A DNA stretch of 32,000 nucleotides from Puniceicoccales bacterium. GTDB taxonomy: Bacteria > Verrucomicrobiota > Verrucomicrobiia > Opitutales > LL51. A model generated the notes under the pieces. The model had not been told where the DNA came from. It worked only from the letters and a program-made list of their open reading frames with translations, and ran no database searches. Of this stretch, positions 8,004 to 16,794 are shown piece by piece. The translations under genes were made by a program, and so were the position numbers. The stretch's first letter is position 1, and each line of letters starts with the position of its first letter. The stretch is taken from assembly GCA_031283585.1 (NCBI GenBank), contig JAITBP010000003.1, forward strand, positions 109,163-141,162, given 5' to 3'.

Positions 8004-8632
8004 TTGATAAAATCCTCTAAATATGCTTGTAACTCTATCTTTGCATAATGCAACCTTGATCTAACGGTCCCAGGAGAACAACCCATTATTTCAGCTATCT
8101 CGCTATGGGATAGCCCTTCGATTTCAAATAACACAACCACTAGTCTATGATTATCGGATAGTTTTTGGAGAGATTTATTCAGTATTTTTTGTAGTTCTAA
8201 AAGATATTCATTTCTCTCTCCTTGGTTTTCCACTGTAATTTTTTCAATTACTTCTGGTGGAAGGGTAGACTCATCAAGTTGCTCTAGAGCTAAAAATCTA
8301 TTTGACCTATGTTTCCTGAGATAGGACATGGCCTGGTTTATAGCAATCTTGTATAACCAGGTAAAAAATGCAGAATCGCCTTTAAATTTATGCATGGAAC
8401 GAAATGCCTTTATAAAAATATCCTGCATTAAATCTAAAACATCGGCAGTGTTGGACACAAGATTATATACCACCGAATATATCCTTTCTCGGTATTTTTT
8501 GACCAGCACTTCAAAGGCTGCCACATCACCACTTTTAGCCAAGGCAACGATCTCCTTTTCGTTTTCACTCGGACCCACAGCCTCGCTAATTCCATTCAGT
8601 GAATTATGACTTACTGTTTCAATACTATCCAC
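8000..8632 (-). CDS. RNA polymerase sigma factor, ECF (sigma-24/sigma-E) subfamily
   Basis: 210 aa. The region 2 sequence is FEVLVKKYRERIYSVVYNLVSNTADVLDLMQDIFIKAFRSMHKFKGDSAFFTWLYKIAINQAMSYLRK. The region 4 HTH is LSDNHRLVVVLFEIEGLSHSEIAEIMGCSPGTVRSRLHYAK. The start as tracked is a GTG (8632..8630), and there is no upstream in-frame ATG. Confidence 0.9.
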   Translation of the reverse strand: MDSIETVSHNSLNGISEAVGPSENEKEIVALAKSGDVAAFEVLVKKYRERIYSVVYNLVSNTADVLDLMQDIFIKAFRSMHKFKGDSAFFTWLYKIAINQAMSYLRKHRSNRFLALEQLDESTLPPEVIEKITVENQGERNEYLLELQKILNKSLQKLSDNHRLVVVLFEIEGLSHSEIAEIMGCSPGTVRSRLHYAKIELQAYLEDFIK

Positions 8633-8750
8633 ACAACTAATTCGTTAATAACTATCTTAAAATATTATCAAATAGCAATATAAAAATTATTTTTTGTGCC
8701 AAAATCTAATCATCGAGATTATCATAAATTTATAAAAATTCATGATTTTT

Positions 8751-8779
8751 TTGACTTGTTATCCAAGATGTTATATGAA
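8751..8779 (+). promoter_or_regulatory. Possible sigma-70-type promoter for mutL
   Basis: TTGACT (8751..8756), a 17-nt spacer, then TATGAA (8774..8779), in the 214-nt divergent spacer between the ECF sigma gene and mutL. The -35 element is a 5/6 match to the TTGACA consensus and the -10 element is weak. Confidence 0.25.
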
Positions 8780-8846
8780 ATATGGCGGTGGCCGATTGGT
8801 CGACGTAATTGTAAGATGATTGATGATTGGAAGCTGTGTTTTTAAT

Positions 8847-10610
8847 ATGCCAAAAATAAAAATATTACCGGAATTTGTTTCTAATCAGATTGCTGCTGGT
8901 GAAGTTGTCGAAAGACCGGCCACAGTTATCAAAGAATTGGTAGAAAATAGCCTGGATGCATGTGCAACTAAAATTATCGTCAGATTCTCAGCTGGTGGTA
9001 AAAATTTAATATCCGTCGAAGATAATGGGGTTGGCATGGCCAGAGCTGATGCAGAATTGGCCATTGTCAGGCATGCCACGAGCAAAATAGCCTCGGTGGA
9101 AGATATACAATCGGTCAATACATTTGGGTTTAGAGGCGAAGCCATACCGTCAATTGCCAGTGTCTCAAGGTTTTTGTTGCGGACCAATGAGATTGGCCAG
9201 GATATTGGTACAGAGATCCTGATCCACTGTGGAAAGGTTCAGCATATTCGGGACTGTGGATTGGCCCAGGGCACCTATATTGAAGTGAGTGGATTATTGC
9301 ATAATTTACCAGCCCGCAGACAGTTCCTAAAATCCGATGAAACCGAAAGCATACATATAGTAAGAGTGATGAGGGCATTTGCTCTAGCCGAGCGTGCTGT
9401 AAAGTTTGAGCTATACAAGGATGGTAAATTACTGTTTTGTTCACCAGAAATGGACTCGTGGAGTGGCAGAATCTCTAAGCTATATGGAGATTTTTATAGC
9501 GATTGTCTATTTGATTTTAGAGATAATAGGGATGGTATGACAATCGAAGGAGCATTACTAATTCCATCATGTACGAATGTTAATAGAAATGAAATTGTCT
9601 GTTTCGTAAATAAAAGACAGGTTCTAAGCTCAATTATAAATAGAGCAATTAGAGATGCCTATATGGGTTTTTTACCAAATTGGCAGGGATTGGTGGCGTT
9701 CATTTGGTTAGATTTTCCAAAAAATACCCTGGATGTAAATGTCCATCCACAGAAGAGGGAGGTAAGGTTTAAAAATGAATATATGATAAAAACTTTTGTA
9801 GAGAAAACCATATATGGGGCAATCGACTCGTTTTTATCTTCAAAGTCTGTTGTCAATGAGGCCAAGTTTTATGGTAACAATTTTACCAATTATACACCGG
9901 GTGAAATAAAAGAAACCAGCATAAAATTTAACTGGAACAGGGATAGAAACGGTTTACAATTGCCTTTTAGACAGCCTAATATCAAAGGAATTATTGAGTC
10001 AAATGAAGAGCAGAAGATTTCAAATATAGATTCAGAATTGTCGTTTGTCGGTACGGTTTTTGGCCAATTTGCAATATTTGAGTCGATCAATGGCCTATGG
10101 GCTATGAATATAAAGGCAGCATCAAGGCGCGTTTTTTTCGAGCAATTTCTCCATGAGCAGATTAACAATGAACCTCAGTGTCTTTTATTACCGAGGGTTA
10201 TCCAGATACCAACAATTGAGTGTGAAATCTTGGACAAAGCTATGGATTTGTTTCTGCAATATGGCATTGGGATTGAACGATTTGGTAAGGATTTATGCAG
10301 GATCGATGCCGTACCTCAATGGCTGGACGAAACACTGGTAGAAAAATTGCTCCTGGATGTCATTTCTGGTGTTGTCAGTGAAAAAAGTCTGCCGTTGTCA
10401 CTGAACAGTAAATGGTTTGCAAAGTTAGCCTGCCCCTGCATCAATATCAAAATTTATGACGGAGTAGAAAAACTGATGGAGTTAGCTAAGTTATTGCTAT
10501 CCAGTGACAACTATATCATCGATCCCGATGGAAATATAACACTTATTGAAATTAGTTTAAACGAGTTAAGAAATAAATTTGGATTACATGATCCCATAAT
10601 AAGCTTGTAG
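8847..10610 (+). CDS. mutL: DNA mismatch repair protein MutL
   Basis: Contains MPKIKILPEFVSNQIAAGEVVERPATVIKELVENSLDA, VEDNGVGM, TFGFRGEAIPSIASVS and DVNVHPQKREVRF (GHKL ATPase and transducer motifs). I prefer ATG 8847 over the track's TTG 8820 because the conserved N-terminus begins there. Confidence 0.9.
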   Translation: MPKIKILPEFVSNQIAAGEVVERPATVIKELVENSLDACATKIIVRFSAGGKNLISVEDNGVGMARADAELAIVRHATSKIASVEDIQSVNTFGFRGEAIPSIASVSRFLLRTNEIGQDIGTEILIHCGKVQHIRDCGLAQGTYIEVSGLLHNLPARRQFLKSDETESIHIVRVMRAFALAERAVKFELYKDGKLLFCSPEMDSWSGRISKLYGDFYSDCLFDFRDNRDGMTIEGALLIPSCTNVNRNEIVCFVNKRQVLSSIINRAIRDAYMGFLPNWQGLVAFIWLDFPKNTLDVNVHPQKREVRFKNEYMIKTFVEKTIYGAIDSFLSSKSVVNEAKFYGNNFTNYTPGEIKETSIKFNWNRDRNGLQLPFRQPNIKGIIESNEEQKISNIDSELSFVGTVFGQFAIFESINGLWAMNIKAASRRVFFEQFLHEQINNEPQCLLLPRVIQIPTIECEILDKAMDLFLQYGIGIERFGKDLCRIDAVPQWLDETLVEKLLLDVISGVVSEKSLPLSLNSKWFAKLACPCINIKIYDGVEKLMELAKLLLSSDNYIIDPDGNITLIEISLNELRNKFGLHDPIISL

Positions 10611-10650
10611 ATTAGTTTATTAAAGTTAGGTTATGGTTATCCGGTAACTT

Positions 10651-12969
10651 ATGTGGTTTACCAGAAAGTCAAAGACTAGAATTTACCAAGAACTAGAAGA
10701 TTATTGTTCATTTAATAAACGAACAGGTGGTGTCTTTCCATTTATAAAGACTTCTGTTATCTTGGTTATACTGGTATTAACTGTGATCATAACCATGATA
10801 TGTTTTTCCTTCAGGGATATGTTTGTCATCCAGTTTGTCCTAGGTCAAAAGGCTAAAGCAACGGTGATTGCCGAGGTTCCATTCGAATATGTAAACGATA
10901 CAAAAACAACCATCGAGAAAGAAAAAAAGCGGAATCAACTGGCTCCTATTTATAGATTGAGTCTTGCTAACTACGATAAGTTTGAGAAACAAATTTTTGA
11001 CCTGGATGATGAACTTGACGTATTTGTTAGAGAAGAAAAAACTGGCAATGCCTATTTGTTCGAATTAAGAGAATTTGTAAGAAATTTTAATGAAAAAAAT
11101 CATTTGATGTTGAGCTGGAACGACATAGACATATTGATTAAATCCATTGATGACGGTGGTCGTACTAGCATACTTCTCGAAGCTCTATCCATTGTTCGTG
11201 AGATCCTATGTGATGGTGTCTATAGTGACCGTGATTTACTAAACAAAGATGAATCCTACCTGATAAACATTGAGATAAGTGGACAGATGAAAAAAGCTCA
11301 TATACGGTCCACCGAAGAAGCGCTAAGATACCTGAGAATACAGCTGGAATCCATGGATGTTCCATTTGAATTAAAACAGGCGCTGCTAAGGATAGTGAAA
11401 ATTGGTATAGCTCCGAACCTTTCCTATGATGAAACCGCGACCAATGCAAAGATTTTTAAAGTCATGCAGGAGGTTAAGCCTGTAATCGATACTGTAAATG
11501 TGGGAGACGTCATTGTTGAAGCAGGTACAGTTGTGAAAAGTGATGTTCGTGAACGATTGATGGCCTATCGTAAGGTTTGCAATGCTGAAAATACGATGTG
11601 GTTTGGTATAAATTCAGCGGTTATGACAAAATTGTTCATGATATTTTGTATACTGATTATCGGATTCTTATGTCTCAAGATGTCGCCGACCAAGTCCGTA
11701 GATTTATCTAAAAATTTTTCATTAATAGTGACGATTTTAGTCGTTAATTTGATAATAATTAGGGGAATATTTCAGATAGGGGAGATAAGGTTTTTCATGA
11801 ATTCGGATATTTTTGTCCGATTGCTACCCTATGTTAGTCCATTTTATTTGAATACCATATTAGGCACATTGCTTGTTCGAACCTATGTGGGTGTGGTATT
11901 AGGTGGCTTGACTTCGGTCCTTTTTTCGATGATGCTTGCTGAGAACTTAGAATTTTTATTGATGTGTATATTGACTGTATTTACTTCGGCTTATTACTGC
12001 CGCAGGGCATCGTTAAGGTCGCAGGTTATGTATACAGGAATTTGTGCTCCTACGGTTTTTTCGTTTATTCCAATTTTTCATTTTCTGCTAAAAGACCTTG
12101 AGTCATTTTTTTGCATAAGACAAGTATTTTGTTCCTTTGTAACTGGTATTACAACGAGCATATTTGTGCTGGGTGTTTTGCCATTGTTCGAAAAATGGTT
12201 TGGCTGTTGTACTAACATAAGGCTAGTAGAATTAAACGACCATAGTAATTCATTGATGCAAAAATTGCAGATGTTAGCACCAGGAACCTATCATCATAGT
12301 TTGATTGTTGCAAATATAGCCGAACAGGCTGCCATGGCAATGAATGCAAATGCATTTTTATGCAGGACATTTGCCATGTATCACGACATAGGAAAGGTGA
12401 TAAAACCTGGGTATTTTACCGAAAACCAGAGAGCAGACTATAACCCTCATGATGAAAAAACCCCATTTATCAGTGCCATAATAATAAAAACCCACGTAAG
12501 GGATGGTATTGTAATGGCAGAACAGGCTGATATCCCACCTAGGGTTATAGATGGCATAAGAGAACACCATGGCACGTCTATAATAAGATATTTTTATAAT
12601 AAGGCGTTACAGCAGAATGACTGTAAATCTAATTCAGGATCGGCCAATGAATCTAGAACGACCTTTTCTGCAGAAACCATAGATGAAGCAGTTTTTAGGT
12701 ATGATGGTCCGAAACCCAGGTCTAAAGAAACTGCCATACTCATGGTGGCAGATTCGCTGGAGGCTGCCAGTCGATCTATGAAAGTCGTGAATCCCCAGTC
12801 GATAAAAGATCTGGTAGATAATATTATTGAAGAGAAAGTGAATAGCAATCAATTGGATGATTGCTCGATGACTTTAAAAGAGATAAATGAACTTAGAAAA
12901 GCCCTTTATTCAATTATGATAAATATGTTACATTCACGCATTGCCTATGACAATGTTTCAAAAAAGTAG
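10651..12969 (+). CDS. 7TM receptor with intracellular HD phosphohydrolase domain (7TMR-HD, PgpH/YqfF-like)
   Basis: 772 aa. It has an N-terminal TM, a ~270-aa extracytoplasmic domain, a block of about seven TM helices (residues ~320-520), and then an HD domain (HHSLIVANIAEQAA ... MYHDIGKV ... REHHGTS). Confidence 0.8.
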   Translation: MWFTRKSKTRIYQELEDYCSFNKRTGGVFPFIKTSVILVILVLTVIITMICFSFRDMFVIQFVLGQKAKATVIAEVPFEYVNDTKTTIEKEKKRNQLAPIYRLSLANYDKFEKQIFDLDDELDVFVREEKTGNAYLFELREFVRNFNEKNHLMLSWNDIDILIKSIDDGGRTSILLEALSIVREILCDGVYSDRDLLNKDESYLINIEISGQMKKAHIRSTEEALRYLRIQLESMDVPFELKQALLRIVKIGIAPNLSYDETATNAKIFKVMQEVKPVIDTVNVGDVIVEAGTVVKSDVRERLMAYRKVCNAENTMWFGINSAVMTKLFMIFCILIIGFLCLKMSPTKSVDLSKNFSLIVTILVVNLIIIRGIFQIGEIRFFMNSDIFVRLLPYVSPFYLNTILGTLLVRTYVGVVLGGLTSVLFSMMLAENLEFLLMCILTVFTSAYYCRRASLRSQVMYTGICAPTVFSFIPIFHFLLKDLESFFCIRQVFCSFVTGITTSIFVLGVLPLFEKWFGCCTNIRLVELNDHSNSLMQKLQMLAPGTYHHSLIVANIAEQAAMAMNANAFLCRTFAMYHDIGKVIKPGYFTENQRADYNPHDEKTPFISAIIIKTHVRDGIVMAEQADIPPRVIDGIREHHGTSIIRYFYNKALQQNDCKSNSGSANESRTTFSAETIDEAVFRYDGPKPRSKETAILMVADSLEAASRSMKVVNPQSIKDLVDNIIEEKVNSNQLDDCSMTLKEINELRKALYSIMINMLHSRIAYDNVSKK

Positions 12970-13819
12970 TAATATCAAGTTAGATTCGGATTTTTTGCCA
13001 TATGATTTCAACGATTCAAATGTGGTTGCTCTACTGGCGGGTAATGGTATTTATCCGATTTTATGTGCCAAGCGCATGATTAGATCCGGCGTCAATGTTA
13101 AACTTATAGCCATTGAAGATGAGGCTGACGAACAATTGTCTAGTGAGTTTGATGAATCGAATAGATTTGTGGTAAATGTTGGCAATTTAGGTAGATTACT
13201 CAAGATATTGAAGACCATAAAAGCCGACTATGTTATAATGGCTGGTCAAATTCGACCAAAGAAACTATTTCACGGACTTAGACCAGATTGGCGAGCATTG
13301 CTTTTGATGAAAAAATTAAAGATCAGAAATGCCGAAACTATCTTTAGCTCTATTTGCGAACTTATTGGGAAACGTGGAATTAAGGTATTAGATGCCCGCT
13401 CATTTATGGATGAAGATATCGTAAGCGTCGGATCATTAACTAATTGTAAATTTGATCTGGCCGAGGAAATTCTAAATCATGGAATCAAAGTGGCAAAAGA
13501 GATAGCCAAACTAGACATAGGCCAGGGTGTTGTGGTGAGCAGTGGTACGGTACTGTGTGTCGAAGAGTTTGATGGAACGGACAGTATGCTGCGGAGAGCT
13601 GGTAAATTTAATACCAAAAATGCCCTGTTTGTGAAGGCATCAAAACCAGGTCATGATTTCAGATTTGATGTGCCGGTTTTTGGTATGCGTACACTGGACG
13701 CAATGATAGAATCCGGCATAAGATACGCTGCACTGGAATCCGATTGCACCATTGTCCTTGATAGGGAAAATGTACTGAACCGGGCCAACGAACTGGGCAT
13801 CAAAATATTCGGATATTGA
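12947..13819 (+). CDS. lpxI: UDP-2,3-diacylglucosamine pyrophosphatase LpxI (DUF1009 family)
   Basis: Contains VALLAGNGIYPILCAKRM, IMAGQIRPKKLF, LDIGQGVVVSSGTVLCVEEFDGTDSMLRRAG and KASKPGHDFRFDVPVFGMRT, which match the LpxI family blocks as I recall them. I take the first ATG (12947). The track starts at TTG 12941. The gene overlaps the upstream gene's 3' end by about 23 nt. Confidence 0.7.
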   Translation: MTMFQKSSNIKLDSDFLPYDFNDSNVVALLAGNGIYPILCAKRMIRSGVNVKLIAIEDEADEQLSSEFDESNRFVVNVGNLGRLLKILKTIKADYVIMAGQIRPKKLFHGLRPDWRALLLMKKLKIRNAETIFSSICELIGKRGIKVLDARSFMDEDIVSVGSLTNCKFDLAEEILNHGIKVAKEIAKLDIGQGVVVSSGTVLCVEEFDGTDSMLRRAGKFNTKNALFVKASKPGHDFRFDVPVFGMRTLDAMIESGIRYAALESDCTIVLDRENVLNRANELGIKIFGY

Positions 13820-13820
13820 T

Positions 13821-15050
13821 ATGTATTGGTATTTTTATTTAGCCCTTAGAAATTTATTTCCATTCAGGAAAATTGTTTCGTTTTTTTCCCTGGTATCTGT
13901 GGTAGGTGTGGCGATTGGCGTGGCGGTGTTGATTGTGGTACAAAGTGTCATGAATGGCTTTAATAATCAAACAAAATCCAATATAATCAATACCCAGGGC
14001 GAGGTTCGAGTGGAATGTAGCTCGATGACTGGTGATTTAGAATTTCTTGAAAAATTTTTTACCAACGATGCTTCGGTATCAGCAGTTTCATCCTATGCAA
14101 CGGGTGTGGTCATACTGCGTTATGAGGATCGGACTGCATTTCCATTGGTGAAAGGTGTTGATCTTGGAAAGGAATGCCAGGTCATGGCTCTCGAAAGATT
14201 TGTGAAATCAGGAAAAATCGATGAACTAGATGACGGGACGATTTTCCTGGGATCTGGTCTGGCTAGGTCGCTTGGATTGAGAGTTGGAGATATGGTAGAT
14301 ATTTATTCACCTCGAATGATTACAACCATTGGCAGCGACGATGTGCAATTACCACGAGAGGTTAGGGTTGGTTGTATTTTTGAAACCGGCGTGAATTATG
14401 TAGATAATGGTTCCGGAATATGTTCATTGCCTTTCATCCAGGATCTATGTGATCTTGGCAGTGGTATTCATGGTATGGTCATAAAGTTGAACGTCAGAGA
14501 ATCTATTGATGACTTTGTTCGCCGGATGAGATCTGTTTTGCCTAGTGCTGTAACCATATTCAGTTGGAAAGAGTTGAACAAAGATCTACTGTTTGTTTTA
14601 CAGCTGGAAAAAACCATGATGTTTTTTACATTGATGTTCATATTATTGGTGGCATCGTTTTCTATTTCCAGCACATTGATGACTTCTGTGGTAAGAAAAA
14701 CCAAGGAGATAGGATTGCTCCGAGCCCTAGGTGCAACTAGATTTCAGATTACCATGTGTTTTTTTATCCAAGGGTTATTGATAGGATGTTGCGGAACATT
14801 TTTAGGTTGCCTGTTTGCCTGGCTTGTTTTGCGATACAGGGACTTCATCGTCGATTTGATGGCAAAAATATTCAATTCTTCCTGGATGCTATCTAAATTT
14901 TCGAACTTTGTCTATCTGCCCGTGGCATGTTCCGGATACGAAATTACCATTATCGTTCTATTTTCAGTGTTTATATGTATGTTGGCCGGAGTATTTCCGG
15001 CCTGGAGGGCGATGCGCGTCCAACCAGCCATTGCGCTCAGAAATGAATGA
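13821..15050 (+). CDS. Lipoprotein-releasing system permease, LolC/LolE family (FtsX-type with a MacB-like periplasmic domain)
   Basis: 409 aa. It has the N-terminal LALRNLFPFRK + TM, a ~230-aa periplasmic domain, and a C-terminal FtsX module (KEIGLLRALGATRFQI, 3 TM helices, ..AWRAMRVQPAIALRNE). No LolD-type ATPase gene is adjacent. Confidence 0.8.
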   Translation: MYWYFYLALRNLFPFRKIVSFFSLVSVVGVAIGVAVLIVVQSVMNGFNNQTKSNIINTQGEVRVECSSMTGDLEFLEKFFTNDASVSAVSSYATGVVILRYEDRTAFPLVKGVDLGKECQVMALERFVKSGKIDELDDGTIFLGSGLARSLGLRVGDMVDIYSPRMITTIGSDDVQLPREVRVGCIFETGVNYVDNGSGICSLPFIQDLCDLGSGIHGMVIKLNVRESIDDFVRRMRSVLPSAVTIFSWKELNKDLLFVLQLEKTMMFFTLMFILLVASFSISSTLMTSVVRKTKEIGLLRALGATRFQITMCFFIQGLLIGCCGTFLGCLFAWLVLRYRDFIVDLMAKIFNSSWMLSKFSNFVYLPVACSGYEITIIVLFSVFICMLAGVFPAWRAMRVQPAIALRNE

Positions 15051-15101
15051 AATTTTATAAAAACTTCTTGAGCTATATGTTCCACGGGTTAGGGTTTTGA
15101 C

Positions 15102-16085
15102 ATGATTGAAAAATACTCGAATGCCTTGGAACTACGTTCTTTGCCGGAAGGCAAAGCCGTTGTGTTTAAATCGGTTTTAGTGGTGAAAAAAATCGATGTT
15201 AGAAATGCGAAGAATGGCAGCGAATTTTTGAAAATCGAGGTCGGCGACAAAACTTCTAGCTTTAGTCTTACCTGCTTTGAGAGCTCAGTGGCATTTAGTC
15301 TGTTTCGTTGGTGTAATGCTGGTGCGATAGTTTTTCTGGAAGGGATGAGCCGGCATTATAACGGCACATTTAGTCCTGATATTCTTTCGGTGAGAGAATT
15401 GACCGAAGAGGAAATAGTCGAAGGTGATTGGAGGAATCGGTTGACAATGGCTTCGGAGGAATCCGTGGAAAAGTTATCCGAAGAACTAAAAGATTATATC
15501 GCCTTGATTTTCAACGAGAAGCTCCGAAATACGGTGGTGGACGTATTGGATGAATTGGGCGACGCATTTGTCAATAGTGTGGCCGCTAAAACCATGCATC
15601 ATGCCTACAAAAATGGCCTGCTCGAACATACGGTGCATGTAACCCGTAGCGGTATGGCTTTGTTAAAATTTTATGGTGATGTGCCCAGGGATTTGGCTCT
15701 GGCCGGAATGATACTCCATGATGTGGGCAAAGTCGCTGAGTATACCGGGGATACGGCCATCGAGCGTACAAAGGTTGGAATTCTTCAAGGTCATGTGATA
15801 CTGGGCTATCGATTGGTCAGGCACTTCGGTGTCAAAAACGATTTGGATCCAGAATTATTAAGTAGATTGGAGCATATAATACTTAGCCACCAGGGTAGAC
15901 CGGAGTACGGTGCAGTGGTCATGCCATCTACGCCGGAGGCGGTTTTTGTGTCACTGGTTGATAATCTGGATGCCAAAATGGGAATGGTTAGCCATCTTCT
16001 ACGCACTACACCGGTTACCCATACCTTCTCTGAAAAGTTTCCAGGCCTTGAGGCTCAGTTACTTATCGAACCCATTAGTCTATGA
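15102..16085 (+). CDS. OB-fold + HD-domain phosphohydrolase, YhaM-like 3'-5' exoribonuclease family
   Basis: 327 aa. The N-terminal region has an OB-fold-like pattern (VLVVKKIDVRNAKNGSEFLKIEVGDKTSSFSLTCFE). The HD domain is MHHAYKNGLLEHTVHV ... ILHDVGKV ... ILSHQGRPEYG. Confidence 0.65.
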   Translation: MIEKYSNALELRSLPEGKAVVFKSVLVVKKIDVRNAKNGSEFLKIEVGDKTSSFSLTCFESSVAFSLFRWCNAGAIVFLEGMSRHYNGTFSPDILSVRELTEEEIVEGDWRNRLTMASEESVEKLSEELKDYIALIFNEKLRNTVVDVLDELGDAFVNSVAAKTMHHAYKNGLLEHTVHVTRSGMALLKFYGDVPRDLALAGMILHDVGKVAEYTGDTAIERTKVGILQGHVILGYRLVRHFGVKNDLDPELLSRLEHIILSHQGRPEYGAVVMPSTPEAVFVSLVDNLDAKMGMVSHLLRTTPVTHTFSEKFPGLEAQLLIEPISL

Positions 16086-16719
16086 TATTTCTGATAAACA
16101 GAGATCGATGGGCCGGGGTTTGTCCCTGGGTTTTCAGGATGGCGATGTGCTGTTTTGTTCCATAGCCTTTGTGCCTGGCGAATCCATAGGATGGGTATAG
16201 CCTATCTAGGTTTTCCATGTATTTATCACGCAATACCTTGGCTATTATTGATGCCATGGCAGTGGCCAGGCTTTTGCCATCGCCTTTTATAATCCCAATG
16301 TGGTTGAATCTAAGGGCCTTCAGTTTATTGCCATCCACAAGAATTAGGGCATTGGTTTTGTTCAGTTTCTCCAGGGCGCGTTGCATTGCAACCACCGTAG
16401 CTCCAAGGATGTTTAGATTTTCTATCTCCTTAACACTGGCACTGCCGACGGCCAAGGATAGGGCTCCCTGGCTCTTAGCTTCGGCTATGCTGGTAAACAG
16501 CTGTTCTCTTTTTTTTGGACTGATTTTTTTAGAATCATTTACATCGTTTAGCCAAGGGAATTTGGATAGATTTTTGTAAAAAACCATGGGAAGCTTTACT
16601 GCGGCGGCGTAAACTGGTCCCGCCAGTGGTCCTCGACCGGCTTCATCCACACCAATGACTGCTTCATTATTTTGTATAATATCTAGGTCAAATAGTCCCA
16701 ATGGATTGTTCATTTTCAT
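16075..16719 (-). CDS. rnhB: Ribonuclease HII
   Basis: 214 aa. It has IGVDEAGRGPLAGPVYAAAV, DSKKISPKKRE, ASIIAKVLRD and PSYGFARHKGYGT. Confidence 0.9.
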   Translation of the reverse strand: MKMNNPLGLFDLDIIQNNEAVIGVDEAGRGPLAGPVYAAAVKLPMVFYKNLSKFPWLNDVNDSKKISPKKREQLFTSIAEAKSQGALSLAVGSASVKEIENLNILGATVVAMQRALEKLNKTNALILVDGNKLKALRFNHIGIIKGDGKSLATAMASIIAKVLRDKYMENLDRLYPSYGFARHKGYGTKQHIAILKTQGQTPAHRSLFIRNIID

Positions 16720-16794
16720 AAAATTTCATTCAATTTGGTATTTCCAATTGATAGTTTTGCTGGATTTAATATCCTAGGCTATTAATTTTTGCCT

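Noticed and set aside
8633-8750. An autoregulatory ECF promoter (GAAC-type -35 element with a CGT-type -10 element) upstream of the sigma gene
   Set aside because: Reading the minus strand of the spacer, I could not find a convincing GGAAC/GAAC -35 element with an appropriately spaced -10 element. I prefer not to call one.
8768-8845. A 25-codon upstream ORF (MLYEIWRWPIGRRNCKMIDDWKLCF) ending 1 nt before the mutL ATG. It could be a leader peptide.
   Set aside because: It has no SD, no attenuator-like hairpins and no precedent for mutL leader control. Short ORFs of this size are expected by chance in a 214-nt spacer. It would need comparative or Ribo-seq support.
8820-8846. TTG-initiated N-terminal extensions given by the ORF track (8820 for mutL, 12941 for lpxI, 16789 for the large enzyme, 25096 for rpe)
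   Set aside because: In each case an ATG 2-9 codons downstream reproduces the conserved family N-terminus (clearest for mutL and rpe). The TTG starts are probably artefacts of longest-ORF calling.
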